In this document: positions 13,413-28,400 of the stretch, in pieces
Position numbering within the stretch: the first letter of the stretch is position 1
Layout: each line of letters begins with the position of its first letter
NCBI GenBank assembly: GCA_002633005.1
Contig: NMRA01000829.1
Location: 1-64,000 of the forward strand
Reading direction: 5' to 3'
DNA length: 64,000 nucleotides
From: Phoronis australis
Taxonomy: Eukaryota; Animalia; Phoronida
The notes under the pieces: model-generated
Databases searched by the model: none
What the model saw: only the letters and a program-made list of their open reading frames with translations
What the model was told of the DNA's origin: nothing
Made by a program: the position numbers and the translations under genes

Positions 13413-16400
13413 CTACAGGAAGAAATTCAAAGATTAGATAAGTCAAATAAATATCGCATTCCACCTGTCTCATTAATTTCATTACAGTAAAGTATGGTCT
13501 CATTTCAGAGGACACAATACGATTTTTAATAATTTCTAATTTGGAATTTTATTAAAGTCATTTAATGAAGTTGTCTAAAACCGTGTTTGAAAGCAGAGGC
13601 GTGAACAGGGTGAAAAGGTTACACCATTTGGTAACTCGATGGTATATTCGTCAATTTCGGCAGTGTGTTTTCCAATATCGGAATACGGTGAAGCAAACAC
13701 ATGGTTGCATACATTTGACCAAGCGACCGCGGCTTGCACTGTACTTACCGAGCCCCAGTTAGGAAAAATATGGTCAGTAGCGAAGTACATCAATATGCTA
13801 GCAAAGGCTTCGTTCAACCAAAGATCGTCCCACCAGGTCATCGTCACTAGGTTGCCAAACCACTGGAAAGAAATAGCTGTCAATCATTCAGATACTTTTT
13901 AATTTTTGCACCAATCACAACAAAATGGTGCATGTGGTGTTTGCGCCCGAACATACGTACACACACACGCACATCCGCGATGTCTGTCACAAATACGTTA
14001 TGTTCCATGGGCCCTATGCGGTCCTTTGATCGACTGACAGCGAATTCAAAAATGCTCTCTCTGAACCGCTTATATTAATTAAAAACTCAATAATGCGATT
14101 TTAACATAAGCTAGGAGTCAGTTTCGTGAAAAGTGACTGAAGACTCAAGTCAGAAATTGATCTTACGCTCCACATAACTATTTCGGAAGAATGAAACTCT
14201 ATAAGAATATACACCTACTTGCTGAGATAACTACTTAACGTTATGGCAGATTGTGGTGTTTTCATAAGTATTTGACTAAACCTTTTTGAGCAACTGAGGA
14301 AAAGAAAAAACAAATTTCTGTCTTAAGTCACATTCATGAAATGGACCCCGGGTAAGTCCAAGCTTCTTGAACGCATGCATTATTTTTCTTTCGTGAGAGT
14401 AAAAATTCAATACATTATTTTTGGAATACTGATAGAGAACCACCAAATGGCCACCACACCAGACTCAACTTTACTTTTCATTTAGTTTAGTAAAACTAAT
14501 GTACATTTAACACATAGATGTATGGAATGGACTTCCTAAACGACCTGTTTAGATTGGAGACACGTCACTCTATGTTCTTAACTGGTGAGAACAAAGGAAG
14601 GAGTATCGTAGATTGCGAGCATCAATGAATAACAACACACTTCACGTCTCAAGAAATCTACACGTTAAGAAAACCAGGGACGGAGCTAATACTTTGACAT
14701 TTCAAGCTCAATTCTGATAAAGGTAGAAGTTTTTCCCATTGATCGTCTCTAAGTTCTGACTTTCATTTGTCATTACCACCGATTAATACACGACCACTGA
14801 TATTTCATTCCTCTGTCTCTGATTTGTTAAAACACAGTACGATGACTTTCGTGCCTCGATTGCGAAGTGATGTCAACCGAGCCTTGTCAAGGTTCCGGCC
14901 GCCCGCTCGCATTCCAAGAGTTATGTCGGGGGCTACGTTACGTAGACGCAGGAACCTTGCCACGCATTACAAGCAACGTACGTGATCACACTAGCACGTT
15001 GCTTCTGTTTTGATAAGCCTTCTGTGATTCGAAAATAGAAGCACAGCTATGCAGTAAACCAAAAGGAAGTGTTCTGCTCGCATGGTATTGTGAGTAAGGA
15101 GCATGGGGATCACAACACCCCGGTTTATTCATCTGGATTACGACTTAAGTAATGCCAGTTAAGGTTGTAAAACCCTTCTTTCTATGCTCAGCTAATTTAA
15201 ATACACAAGTTTGCCTCATCTTTGACGTATCCCAGCGCTCGACACTTAGCTAGACCCCAAGTCGCATTTGGGGAATTGGCCTCTGTTGGCGAAAATCCTC
15301 CATCGCTAAACGAAGTCTAAGGTCGGCAAAACTGTCGTTCGTCGATCCGTCAGACTGGTCGACTAAAAAATTTCGTGCCGCACTCCGCTCACGAAAACGT
15401 ATGCCGCGCAAACCTTTAATTTCTCTCCATATGTACCATTCATTCTCTAACTCAGTTCCTGCTGCCAACGAAGATAGAACTCATACAATGGGGTAAACTG
15501 AAGGCGTGTGCTTCACCAATCATCCTCGATTTTTGCCGAAATATTCCGGCTTCCGTATGTTTACTTCGTGTCGTAATATAAGCGCGTGTGTAAATATAGA
15601 TTATTACGTGGTGAATTCGTTATCCCCCGTTATCTAGAGCCCGAGTGGATTTTGGAGAATTCTGCAAAATCCACGAGGGCTCTAGATAAGGGGGATAACG
15701 ACTTAGAACATGTAATAATCTATTAAAACCACATACTTAGTGAGAAACATTACTATGAATCGATCTACCTTTCTCGACTCGCCTCGGCTTTTTAACTACT
15801 TTCTACGTCAGAGGCCCGGGGTCGGAGGTCGTGACCTTTTAAGAAAAGCCGAGCTATTTTTGTCAAATAATGCTTTCACTCAAAACGAATTGAAAATTTA
15901 AACAAAAGCGAATTTGTAAATTAAGGTTTAGCAACTATTATAGCTTACTACACATTTTATCACGCTAAACTTCGACCGGGAAATATCGTCTGCTAAAGTA
16001 GGTTACCAATAGTAACTGAGTATAATGCTCAAGTTAAAGGATCCCGACGACACGATACCCGCATTCAAATTGGAGATCGGTGATTTACAAGTGAGAGAAC
16101 ACGAGAGAAAAATTTCACAGAATTAAGATATCGTTTTTATGAAAATTATGCGTCTTATTTTTCATAGCGTATAAATAGCGGTACAATGCCCTTTGCTTAA
16201 CATGCGATTGCTGCGCGTGCTCATTTAGTATTCTATTTTCACGTTCGATGACGTCAGCCGCTGAGTGGCGGCGACTCGCAACTCTTGAGGCCCGGGTTCA
16301 AATCCGGCCTCGGTTTCCCGCCAAAATGTTATCTCACTAGTGAGATAACTTTATGGGTTATTACACGGTTGTATCTGCCATTTGACGCTAATATTGTGGT

Positions 16401-19400
16401 ATAATGCGTTTTATCTGCTGTGGTTCAAAATGCACCGATTTCACGAAATAAACGGAACACTTGTGAACCAAAGGTATTAAACCTAAGAAAAATGTAATTT
16501 AAAGTTTGGAAGTTAACACAAACTTTGAAACGAATTTCGGGGGAATTACTGTGTTATACTCGCAGTGGCTACTTTGTAGAAACTTTTTTGCCAGGCCGCC
16601 AAACATAACCTGAGGTCGCCAAATCGAGTACCGCACCCGTAAGGAACTAGAAGACAATGATGTAAACTATACTCAAGAGGCTGGACTCGAGACGATGACA
16701 GTGCATCATAGCAGGTAAAAACACGCCAATGTAACATGAGACTAAAAAGTCAGAGGAAAGAAGCACCAGTGGAAAACAGTGTAAAGCAATCACTTTCGAT
16801 TTCGGGCTTCGGCAACATCGCTCTTCCGAAAATAATTAAAAGCAAACTTTTTTGTACCATGCGTATGTCCGTAGCTTGTTCGTTTAATAAATATTTTCTT
16901 TCGAATTTCTTTGGTTAGGGGTTCCTTGCATTATACGTGATGTAAACTAACGTGACCAATGCATTTGACAGTCATTTGAAGTACATCCCAGCTTACTGTG
17001 TGTGCAATTTCGTGACACATCACAATCGCAATGTTATGTTTGTTGAAGATGGAGGACTTCTCCTCGTCGAACAACAGCGCACTCTCACGGTATAGAACAA
17101 TACCCCAATTTTCCATGGCGCCTCCGCTGAAATCAGGAATTGCCACGTGATCTGAAAGACGAAGTAGCACAATTAGTTACACTTCATTGAACGAGGAAGA
17201 ACCTCATTGTCAGTTCTGCGTGTTGATTGGCCAAATATAGAAAATATGAACATCACAATTACTTGTACAGGGTATGTTGCACCTACACAGCAGTGGCGGG
17301 TAACGAGTTACGACTCGCCTACATTCAAAGATACTATCCAAGTTTTGGCGATTTCATCCAACATTAGCCCCTTCACATGCTATTGCGTAATAGTTACTTC
17401 CCCGTAAAGATGGAAGCATCGTTCAGTAAAAACTCTGTCATTACTGTGTGAAAAAATATCGACCTTGGATCCATTCTTTAAGGGTTGGATGAGGTCTACA
17501 TAGGGTTTGTTTTATTTCAAAGTTATGAGTGTTAGGTTGGCCTTAATATTCGTTAGTAGTCATAATGTCAACTTAACATCCCTTTAAAAACAGGTTTAAA
17601 TGAAACTCCAACTCCCGACAAGTCCTCGAGTATTTTATGTATATTATACATCACCGATCGTAAAGTTAATTTACTGGTGATCACAAAGCGGAAAAATATG
17701 AAAAGCCAAGGTAGTCATGCCCAATAATGAAAGCTATACAATTGCTTTAAATCTGGGGTTGTAATGGAAGTGCAATAATCCCTGAGGATGGTATGTTCAA
17801 GAGAGTACGAAACCATTTATCAATTTCATAATCTAAAGCAGACTTGCGTAGAGGGAGTTGGAATCAAACAATAACATGGTTTCGTGTGTTGTAAGTTAAT
17901 CACCGCTCACAAATTAGGCAAATGTATTCACGCACAATTAGAATCAGTGTACAACGAAATGAAATTAGACAGGAACAGCACGTGACGTAGAGAATTATAG
18001 CTGGAGAGCTTCTCTCACGTATTCCTATGTAGATTCCCTTATCTTTGCGGATGGTAATCACTAATTTTATGGACCAGACCCATGAGGCCCTGAAAGTTAA
18101 ACTGCCAGCAATGATTTGCTCTTTACTACTAACCATGTCACGACATTTTCCGGGGATAAATTCTTACATCACGATACGCGGATTACTTCATTGCAATGCA
18201 GGAAATTTGACAATTTTTACAGCGTTAGCGCTGGAACACTCACTCGCCGTATTCAAAAATGCATCAAAAAGCAGCTTGGTCGCTAGGAAATTCAGAATCA
18301 TACCTGCTTTTGGAACCAACTCGGGGATACCAAAAAAATCCTCAAAATAGGGATATGCTTTTGAGGCCACCTCCAGGGCGTAGTCCGTCTGATGGAATTG
18401 CTGCTTTGGTGCCCAGATACGGATCTAAAACAAAGGATTCAGTTGTAAATAAAACTTACGAGGCGATTTTTCATCCTCGGCATTGCCGCTAGCAAAATAA
18501 TCGTATCTTATGCGCTGACTTTTAAGTTAATGGATTAGAGGCTGAAATCCAAATTCACCGAATATTTGGGATGTAATACATTGCAAAGAATCACAATGTT
18601 TGAACCGGGTACCAAAAATACACAAAGCCGTGTGTGTCCTTTGTATTCTCTATCACTGAAGGCAGAAAAGTTTAATCGCGGTCTCCAGAAAATCTGTAAC
18701 ACTGCAAGTCAAAAACCTGTGACCTCAACTTCAACTCCGCTAAGCGCATGGATCGCAGATTGAAAGGTGGAATCAGGTCTGCTGCGGTTGTATCTGGACG
18801 TCCGAGAAAACGAACAACGAACTAATGTTTACGGTCGATCGTCGAAGTTCAGTTTCTGCCTCCTTTTGGCTATGTTGGGAAATATAGGGCACGTGTCCCT
18901 CTTCATTACGAACATTTATTGGTAGCACTGAAAAGTTTTTTTGAGCCACAATCGAATTCCTCCCCAATCCTCGCTCACGTTCGTGTGAAATTGGCGTCTG
19001 CTGGATTGACAGGACATTTTAAGATTTACTATAAGTGCGGATACTCATAGCATTTTTAAACTCTTTTTATGTTTTTTTTTTTTTTTTAAATAATGCCGTT
19101 TGTTGCCCCTTTGACATATTTCTCTTCCAACCGTGGTTGTGTGCTTAAACACTTTACCACTTCCTGTCGGCAAGGCGAGTTTTGGCTGGAAATTCAAGTA
19201 CCTTCAGGCTTTTTAAGTCTGGTCGACATCCATTGTCGTGCCGATTTTTGAGTAAGGAGTGATTTGGCTTTCTGAGTGCGTTGTCTGCTGGTACTTAGGG
19301 GTCCCATGCGAGTAGTGGTTTTGAGTTGAAAACTACCAAATTTGTGTATTTTTTCCTCGTTTTTCTTTACGTTTAGCGAGAGCATAAAAGCAAAAAAAGA

Positions 19401-22400
19401 CAAAAGAAAAACACTTTGAACACAAAAAACACAAGTCTTTAGACTGTAAGCAAGCTTAATATGTAGCCAATAACTTCATATGTTTCATATTTTGTGTTTT
19501 TTTGTAGAAAAGAAGTAAACTGCTTTCTCTCAGATCACCCTGACTGGCAAGGCAGAAATGAGGAATCAAATCTGTTAACAACGGTCGTAAGACCAGCCTA
19601 CTATTGTCAAAGCTTGCTTTGCTAATTAAAAATACACTTGTTTGAAAAATCGTTAAATCGTGTCTCAAAAATATAAAACAACCAAAAATCAGAAAAAGCA
19701 ACGATTCGGTGGTGAGCTGGAAGCACAGGAGAGGCACGCGTTGTACGTATCCATGTCGATAAAATTAGTACACTTATAGATAGAGATATTTTTTTTAAAT
19801 ATAGAATCACTAACTCATACAGATAAATCTGAGGCAAAAAATTATTTGTAGTCCTTTTACATCACTTTACCTTGGAACAAACTTTGACTATATGAATTCA
19901 GACAAAATTATTGTGTGTGCTCGACTACAAGGGCAAAGTTAAATTTGACTGAATGTTGCATGAGATTCCAGTTGAGTGTTTAACACGTCATTGTACATCG
20001 TGTTAATGTACAGTTTTAGTCTCGGCTAGAAGTTCTCGGACTTTTGCATTATATGACCAGCATTCTTTGTTAATTGGTTTGGTGTCTTTTTACAAACATG
20101 GGGGTGGCGAAGGGAAGTGAAAATAAAATGAAAATGTTCAGATTTATTACTAAAGATAATGTTGCATGGCACCAGCTTAGGCTGGAGAAGTACTTCCGGG
20201 TACTCGCCTTATGACGACAGTTTTGCAGTCATTTCCCCAAGAAAGTTGTTCGGGTTTGGACTTTTGTGATACACTCTACTAAATAGTTCCAGGCAAGAAC
20301 TATCTCTGAATAGAAATCAAAATATCCAGAGGCTGAACATTTTGATGACTGTTCTTGATAAGTAAACAAACCACCTCACAAAACGTTTTTAGAGTCTTTG
20401 CACCTTTTGTTTAAGAAATTGAGAAAATGAATTTAATTCATACAAGCATTCCAATATATGTTTTACAGAAATCTTCTCTATGATGAGAGCAGAAATTTGT
20501 AACGAAAATAAAAACACTAGTCAAAATGAGAGTCAAACAATAACTGATTTAAGTAATGCAGGGTGCTTGGTTTCAGAGAAATGGGTCAAGTTTAAAATGG
20601 GAATGACACTGTTTAGAGCTCTTTTGATAGGATCAAATTGATAATTAGAAGAGCGAAATGGTTCTTTCATTTCTGTGCAAGTGTGATAAACACGAATGTT
20701 TATCATTTCAGACTAATGTTACGAAGCTTACCAGTTGTAGAAATGGCCTGTAGTCTTGTATAACACTGAACGTGACAAGTGGAGGAAAGAGTTTTACAAG
20801 AATTGCATGACCTCTGGTGATGCCAAACTTAACTGGATCCACTTTCGTGGGATAATTTGTACACATGCAATTTTATTTAACACTAGGGTCAATGGGGAGT
20901 AGTTGCTTTGTACATTGAGTTGTTTCCGTCGACTTCATCTCTGTCTCCTCCTACCTGTAAATCACTTTTTGCTAATGTTGTTTCTCTGTAGGTATAGTCG
21001 CTTACAACAAATCCCAATAAATACGTTGACATTATCGGAGTGGTCATGAAGTCCCGTCGAACCCAGTTGTTGGGTAGAAACGATGTTTTACGGACAGGCA
21101 TATTGGATAAGGCGATAAAACCTACAAAAGTCAACGTTCACACATGACTAAGAAAAATGACTAAAAAGTTTCCGCCTAGCAGATGCATAATACTATACGT
21201 GAGCGGTGTCTCATGAAACTTAGTTGCACTCAATCCGAGCACAGGGTCTAATATTTTTACTATTCGAAATAAAACTCGACTTATTTTTGGCATTTTCTAT
21301 CCAACTTTTCTACGAGCACTAGATGCATGTCTATTATTCTATGCTCGAGTAATTACTGGCTTTTATGGATGACTTTCTAATTCTACTATTATGATGATGA
21401 CGTCAACATGAAGGCTAAACGTTCGAAACTGAACTCGAAATTTTGAGTTTTCACTTGAAATCTCGAGTTTTTACTCCAGTTCGTAACACGAACATAGCAT
21501 GCGCGCACCCCGGGGAGGATGCAAGTGGGCAAAAAGGTCCGCCTGAGACAAACAAAAAGTTCGACAAAACGAGACAAAAGTGCACTAAAATGCCAAGAAC
21601 TACAAAATTCGCCGAAGGCACAATTCACAGCTCTGAAGGTACCTCGTTTTTTTCTTTTTGTTAGCAAAAGGTGCACATTCCCAAAAATTCGAGCCCCCCA
21701 ACTTTTAGGCTGGGTGCGCGCATAAACAGGGGCCATCAAGAACAAACCTGGAGTGGAAACTCTCCTGCATAAACCAGAACGTACTGTATTACGTAACAAG
21801 ACACGCTTATATCGAGTTCGCACTAAAAGTAAAACAGCAAATGCCAAAAAATATTCTCGAGTTCCGTTTTGAGTACCAAGATTGGCCCCGTTCTTAAGCT
21901 TCATACCGAATTAAAACAGGCCGATAAACCTACGATTAAAAGTTAAGTTGTCTCGCATATGTATATTGAAGCATTTTGATGCACACCAAAAAAAAAAAAG
22001 AAATGAAGAAGGCGTAGCAAATATGTAAAAACTGTAGCACGGGGTTGGCATTTATCAACCCCACCTGCGTGTCATTGGTCATCAAGTTCCGTCTTGTTCG
22101 AGTACGAAAGATTTTAGGTTAAGCGTGTAATTATAGATGTCGCGCTCATCGCGTTTCAGTTCATGCCCAGGAATCAAGATTTGTTCGGCCCAGGAAGCTA
22201 GCACAGCTGACAAGAAATTAAAAAACAAATTTGTAGCGCCGTTAAATAAAAACATTTACGAATGCGAACTGCGAAACAAATTTAAGGAGTTCCATGAAAA
22301 TAGCTTATTTTGCTGTCTTACCTTGCTTATAAATAAGAGACACTGCAAACGTAGCCTTGAGAGCGGGTTCGTCAAAACAGGGGAAAACCTTGCGGGCATC

Positions 22401-25400
22401 GACAGCCTGAAGCTGGGATGAGACCACAATCCTGAAAACAAAATGCATGCATCTTTGGCTTTAAATGCGGAAATTTTGATTGAATTCTTCTTTAAAAAGC
22501 AACGGTGTAATCTTTCAAGAATTTTTCGGCGAATAGATTTCATTAAAACTGATGCATGAATATGATACTGTTGTAAACAAATACGACCATCAAGGAAGAT
22601 GACATCAGTGGTTCAGTTAATGCCACACCACTGTACAAACAAAAACAGCCTAATACTGACTGAGGGCCCATATAATACACGACATAAGAGATAGACCCTT
22701 AATTGACAAAAACTACAAGGCAACATATTGGCTAGACGCCAAAAGTCATTTACATTTAGAACCAGTTTCTCCATTGAATAACGGATATCAAACGGGTTCT
22801 CAAAATCTGGAACCTCTGTCTGTAAGCTACAGTTGCCGACTAGACGGTAGTTCATAATCTTTTATACTAATCATTATGAGAACCTGGTGGCAATGAAGGT
22901 TAGTTTTACCAGCTATTGTGTTATCGTTAGCAAACTTAAGATAACAACAAACAACTGGTGACAGTGTGGTCAAGTTTGTATTTTCGCAGTCAGTGATTCA
23001 CTGTCAAAATAGTTGGTTGTCTTTTGTCCATCATGGCGAATGGTTGTACGAAAACGCTTTTCAATTTTAGCATCGGGTATACCGGATATGTGCAAGTTTG
23101 TTTTGTCAAATTTCAAAAAAGGTGGCTTGCACTAAGCAGCTATTACAAAAAATAACGTTAAAATATTGAGCATTTTTACTATGTCGTAATCAATATTTGA
23201 AAAATGATAACTTGCAATTTGGGCAAATATTTGCAGAAGAATCTATCTACTGTTCATCTGTTGTGAAAATGAACCTGCCTAGGTGATATCAATGATTGCG
23301 GTGTTTTAAAATAAGCATTCTGAACTGTGCTCAGAATATACTTAACATTTCATCAACAAAATGTAAATCGTTTTAGCAGACAGAGTCAGTTCACCTGTTC
23401 CATGACAGTGCATTTGGCCTGGTTTTTCTCATCAAACCGCTAGGCACCTTGATACGAAGATTGAAATGTTTACCGAAAGTGATCTTTACTTCGAGAGAGA
23501 GACATAACGTCTGTTTTTAATAATATGTTACGAGCTTAAGGCAAACATAGGGAAGGTTATCGATCAGCATATTTATTTTCCAAAATCTCATCGTGATCAT
23601 TGCTACAGGTAGGATCTACGTAAACTAAGAGTTTTTGGAACGGAAGAGGTATGAGGTATCGTGTCTCAAGAGATGTTGAGTGGTGATAGTCAATGATCGA
23701 TAATCAAAATCTGGATTAACAAAAGTGAAACCTCAAAAAAGAAGGCCGTCATGTAATAAATGTTGGCTAATGTTGAAGGATCTTTTACTTTGGGTTGACG
23801 TTTGCGCAGACTGTCATGTACTTCTAAAAGAGAAATTATCTGTTTTACCGTTGAAACACATTTTGGATTATTTTTGCATGGAGCAGGCTTCTCTGGCCAG
23901 GGCTATAAAACAGCAAGAGCAGATTTTTATGATTTTTTTGCCAATCACCAATCCTCGCCGTTGTCTGTCAGACGTTCGCTGAAATCAAGGACGGTGATTT
24001 TACCAGTCAAGTTAAGGCCAGCACACCGCGGGGATTGCAGGTTCGCTTTAGAGTCCAATAGCGTCCCTTTAATATCTATCGCGGTGGAATTTTGGTCAGC
24101 TGCATAAACGTTGCCTGCTCTTTCGATTTGGTGATCAGCGTGATCTCAACTTAACGTGGCCATGTTTACATTTCAGATCATCTCAGTCTAATGTAGCTCA
24201 ACGGATATAGATAAAAATAAAACAAAAAGGATGTGAAAAACATCTTTTTGTGCGTGAATGTAACTTAGGACCACTCTTTCGACATAAAGCGTGCATTGCG
24301 CATGCGGGAAAACATTAGTGAAGAAAGTGTTATGCTTGGGGGGTCGCAAAATATACACAATGCTGCCAGCGATTTTGGTATTGTGTTGCCAGATGTTGAA
24401 AATGACACATAAATATAAGAGTTTGATTACAACTGTTAGTTCAATTGGTTCTCTGCGCATTCCATTCATTGTCGTAAACTAATCTTCTGTAGAGTACACT
24501 TTAGGGTTGAGTGCGTGCGTTGATGTGTTTTTAAAATTTGATAAAATTATGTCGACGGTTATGATATCTAGTGCGATTAGGGCTGCGCTCCAAAGACGCA
24601 ATAACTTCACAAGTAAAGTTAGTGTGATCACGTGATTCGATTGTGATGCACGATCATACGTAGTGAAATCTTGCGTGATCTTGCGTTTTCGCGAGATTCT
24701 TGGGTCTAAGGAGGTTAGGTCAGGCCTGGAGGTTTCTACAAGTGACTGATAAATACGTTTAATGGAAAAGTGTTTAAACTGTAAATATACATGTAAGTGA
24801 CACCCGCCATTTCAAAGTAAGAAATAATTAGCTTATGGAATTTCTTAACATAGCGTTCCACTGGACCAAGTTTCTGGCAAAAAAAGCGAGATCAGACGAG
24901 ATAACTACTTCTTGCGACTCTTCGTACAACAATTAAGACAGCATACGAACTGGAAACCGCAATTATTTGCCAAAATTCGTTGATTCCTAGTTGGGTATGA
25001 GCTTAATTTTTTAAATTTCCGCGATGAGCCCCTCTACTTTTAAAAATGATGTTTGATTTTGGCTACGTACCGCTATAGAGCTGGTCTCAACTAGTTCCTT
25101 GCTCAGATTAAAAGTGGTTTTGGGGGTTTTGAGCCAGGTCTCGAGCAGCAGCGACTTTACAGTTCTTCCAAAGACAACATAAATGAACAAACTATGTACA
25201 TGTACGAGCGGTCATGCTGCGAGGACGAATAAGTCAGGAACCGAGCGGTGATTATGACTAAACCCTAGTATAGGGTTAACACAGCCAAATGGAATTATGT
25301 AGGGTTGAGAAACAAGTTAAGTATGTCCAGCTTTCCTCACATCTAGATGTATTCCACATCTCGATGGGTCGAGATTTCCATCAAGGATGACGCAACATTC

Positions 25401-28400
25401 AACAAACGTCTGGTATCAATGTACCGAAATACTTGCAGTTGACGTATTCAACCATTTTCGATCGATGCATCGAGCGAAAACGTTACCAAACAGCGCAAAT
25501 TTGAATGACATGATGTTGTTACTACAGGCTTCTGTACACACCAGTAATATAACTTAGTACGTCAAAACAGAATCATACTAATAAGTGTTTTGTTTAATAA
25601 AAATAGGACATAGTCGCCGTTTCCAGGCGCGGACGACATGGTTCTTGCTTGGCGGATTGGTGTAGGCGAAAATAAAAATATTCCAGTGCCTGTGTCCGCA
25701 AATATCAGGAAACCACAGCACATATACTTTTACCAGTTTGACTAACCTGAACGTAAATTCCATGCAATTATGTGAAGTGTCTATTTTTACGCTTTTACGA
25801 ACACGGCGCTGAACTCTGTGTATTTTTTGTTGTTCTAAAGGTAATTATCAACTATGCGCCAGTTGTTACGTTTTTACACTTCTGAACACGCAGCGTCGCG
25901 TTTGCAATAACGTGCCCATGACTGTCGACGTCGTACGACCGGTCTTACGACTTTCGATAAAACGGGCTTCAATATCCCAACACTGGATGGTTCACGTCAT
26001 CGAAGAATGTTGCAAATGGAGGTGCATGGGCGTGGTGAAACGGCTCTGTCGAGGCCAATGATTACATGAGAGCCAAAATGTAGATTTGCACATAAGACGT
26101 GACGCAGTTTCATGAACATTTCCAATTTTATCTTCACTGAGAACGACTCGAATCGTTTAATCAAAATACATGTCTGTCACAAACTCGCCACTCTTTTAAT
26201 AAAACTCCGGCCCAGATAATTACGAATTCCGATTACTAAATACAGCACACCAGTGCAATTGTAAATTGACAGTGACTTCACTTCGGGAGGGTACTCATCT
26301 TTATTAGAAAATCCACCTATTTAGAGAGTGGGTATTACTGAAATGTAGCCTATTTGCAAGGAACTCCCATGAAAAAGGTTGCCCTTCCGTANCTTGAAGA
26401 CCCTTATATTCGTGCTACAAACTCGAGTAAAAACTCGAAATTTCGAGTTCAAACTCGAACTTATTGCTTTAATATTGGGTTTACAAACTGTGAACTAAGG
26501 GCAATAAATTATCTACGTAAGTTATTGTGTACTCGAGCATAGAATAATAGACACTTATCTTGATTTCGTCCAAAAGTATATTAGAAAATGCCAAACCTAA
26601 TTTCGAGTTCCATTTCGAGTAAAAAGATTGGAGACCGAGCCCTGGTGTCCTTTTTAGTGGCAGTGAAAGGGTCAAAATATGAGTCAGGAGAAAGTTTCTA
26701 TGGTCGTATGAAGCGTTTCCGAAGTAAAATGGCTCCAGTGATGTTTACGCAGCCACGCAAAACCTATTGAAAGCTGCACAGTGCCACCTACAGGTGGGGA
26801 TGTTGAATTATGGGATAGAATTGTTTTTCTCCTTAACTGAAAGCTAGTGTATTGCTCCTATGGAACCATTGCTTGCGGAAAGTGGTCGTGAAAAGTTACC
26901 TTTCTGAGCGGCACGTCTCGTATACTTCCTTAATGGAAGTGCCCCCCGAGCTTCACTTGGTGAAATTTGTTCATCTCCTGAGTATTGAGACCCGCTGTCA
27001 GTTACTGATTCACTGATTAGTTTCAAAACAGATACCTATAATTACGTGCCTGACACACGACTCGGCGTGCCAGGCGCCCTGACCAGATGCCTACACAGTT
27101 TCCTCGTTGGCAGCATTTATGAAACCTTTTGTGTTCATTCCTAGTCAGACTTGTTTGAGGTAAGCAGTTGATATAAAACGTGGATCTTACGCAAAGGAGG
27201 CATGCAAGAATATCTAGTGTCATCGTCCTGTGAGCACGTGCGAGGGTCACGTGAAGTTACTTCGAAACAGTTACGCCAAAATTGTGTCAAGCTCATGCTC
27301 ACGATTAGAGTAAAAGACATTTCCAGTTAGTCAGAAATCAATTGACTGTATCAAATGGACAGTCACAAAAAGTCAGTCAATTGACTTATCGATTTACACC
27401 TTTGATAACACGTCATACCATGTCACTACCTCTTTCATGCTAATAAAACATCGATAAAGACTTTTTCTCGTTTAGCTAAATCATTCGTGACGATTATCCC
27501 TATTCATGAAATGTTGGTTTCGATATGGTTGGAGGCATGTATTGCATTGCAGCAAAGGTACTACATGAGAAGCGGTTTTGCAAACTGAAACAAGGTCGAG
27601 GCTTGAGGCAAATTAAAAAAAAACGAAACAAATGAAGCAGGCGGAGGGGGGCGTGATAAGCATGTGTTTTGACCGTTCTATTCCCTGCATTAAGTAGCAG
27701 CCGGAAGGCATTAACGTCTTCCTGGTAGTACGTGGAAATGAAGATTTCAATCTTCATTTCTCAATTCCCTAAAGATACGCTACGAGCGGATTTCACCTTT
27801 GAAATAGCATCAAATACTGCAACATCTGTTATATTGCATTTTTCAGTCAACAGATAAGAGCTTCTGAGAGTCATCTCTGCAATGTAAGTTGTCCCCGACA
27901 GTTAAACTAGGATTTCGGTAATCCACTGTGACTATTCTTCATCCCCGTCTATTCTGCGACCACCCAGAGTATAAGCACAGTCATCGGACCCGAACTCTAG
28001 ACTATGTTCAATTGTCTCATAGCTATTGATTCATCTATAGTGTATTGTACCCATTGATCTACAGAGACAAGACAAGTAATGTAATAAACGGAATATAAAG
28101 CTGGCGTGAGATTCCAAAAGGATAACGTCAGTACACCAACACAGTTCAATGTGTTGCGGGTGATTGGCGTTGAAGTGAAGTGTTCATTCAGGACAAATAC
28201 CATTAGACCCGGCTCTCTGAAAGGGACTACGACATCTAGAAAAATCGTCCAGCGTTTTTTTCGTTTTATGCGCTGTAGTTGTTCAAGTTTGGCGTCTCGG
28301 TATAAGGTGTCCCAATATAAAGGGGGTCACTGTTGATCAAAACTAGAAAACATTAATTACTGATTTTAGTTTTTGTCATCATATTTTGAGATGTTGTGGT

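Noticed and set aside
16250-16323. tRNA gene (GGTTCAAATCC, ends in CCA)
   Set aside because: T-stem has two mismatches and no acceptor, D or anticodon stems could be built; at most a SINE-like relic.
17780-17822. Second hammerhead candidate CTGAGGA..GAAAC
   Set aside because: No stem III/NUH cleavage triplet or stem I pairing.
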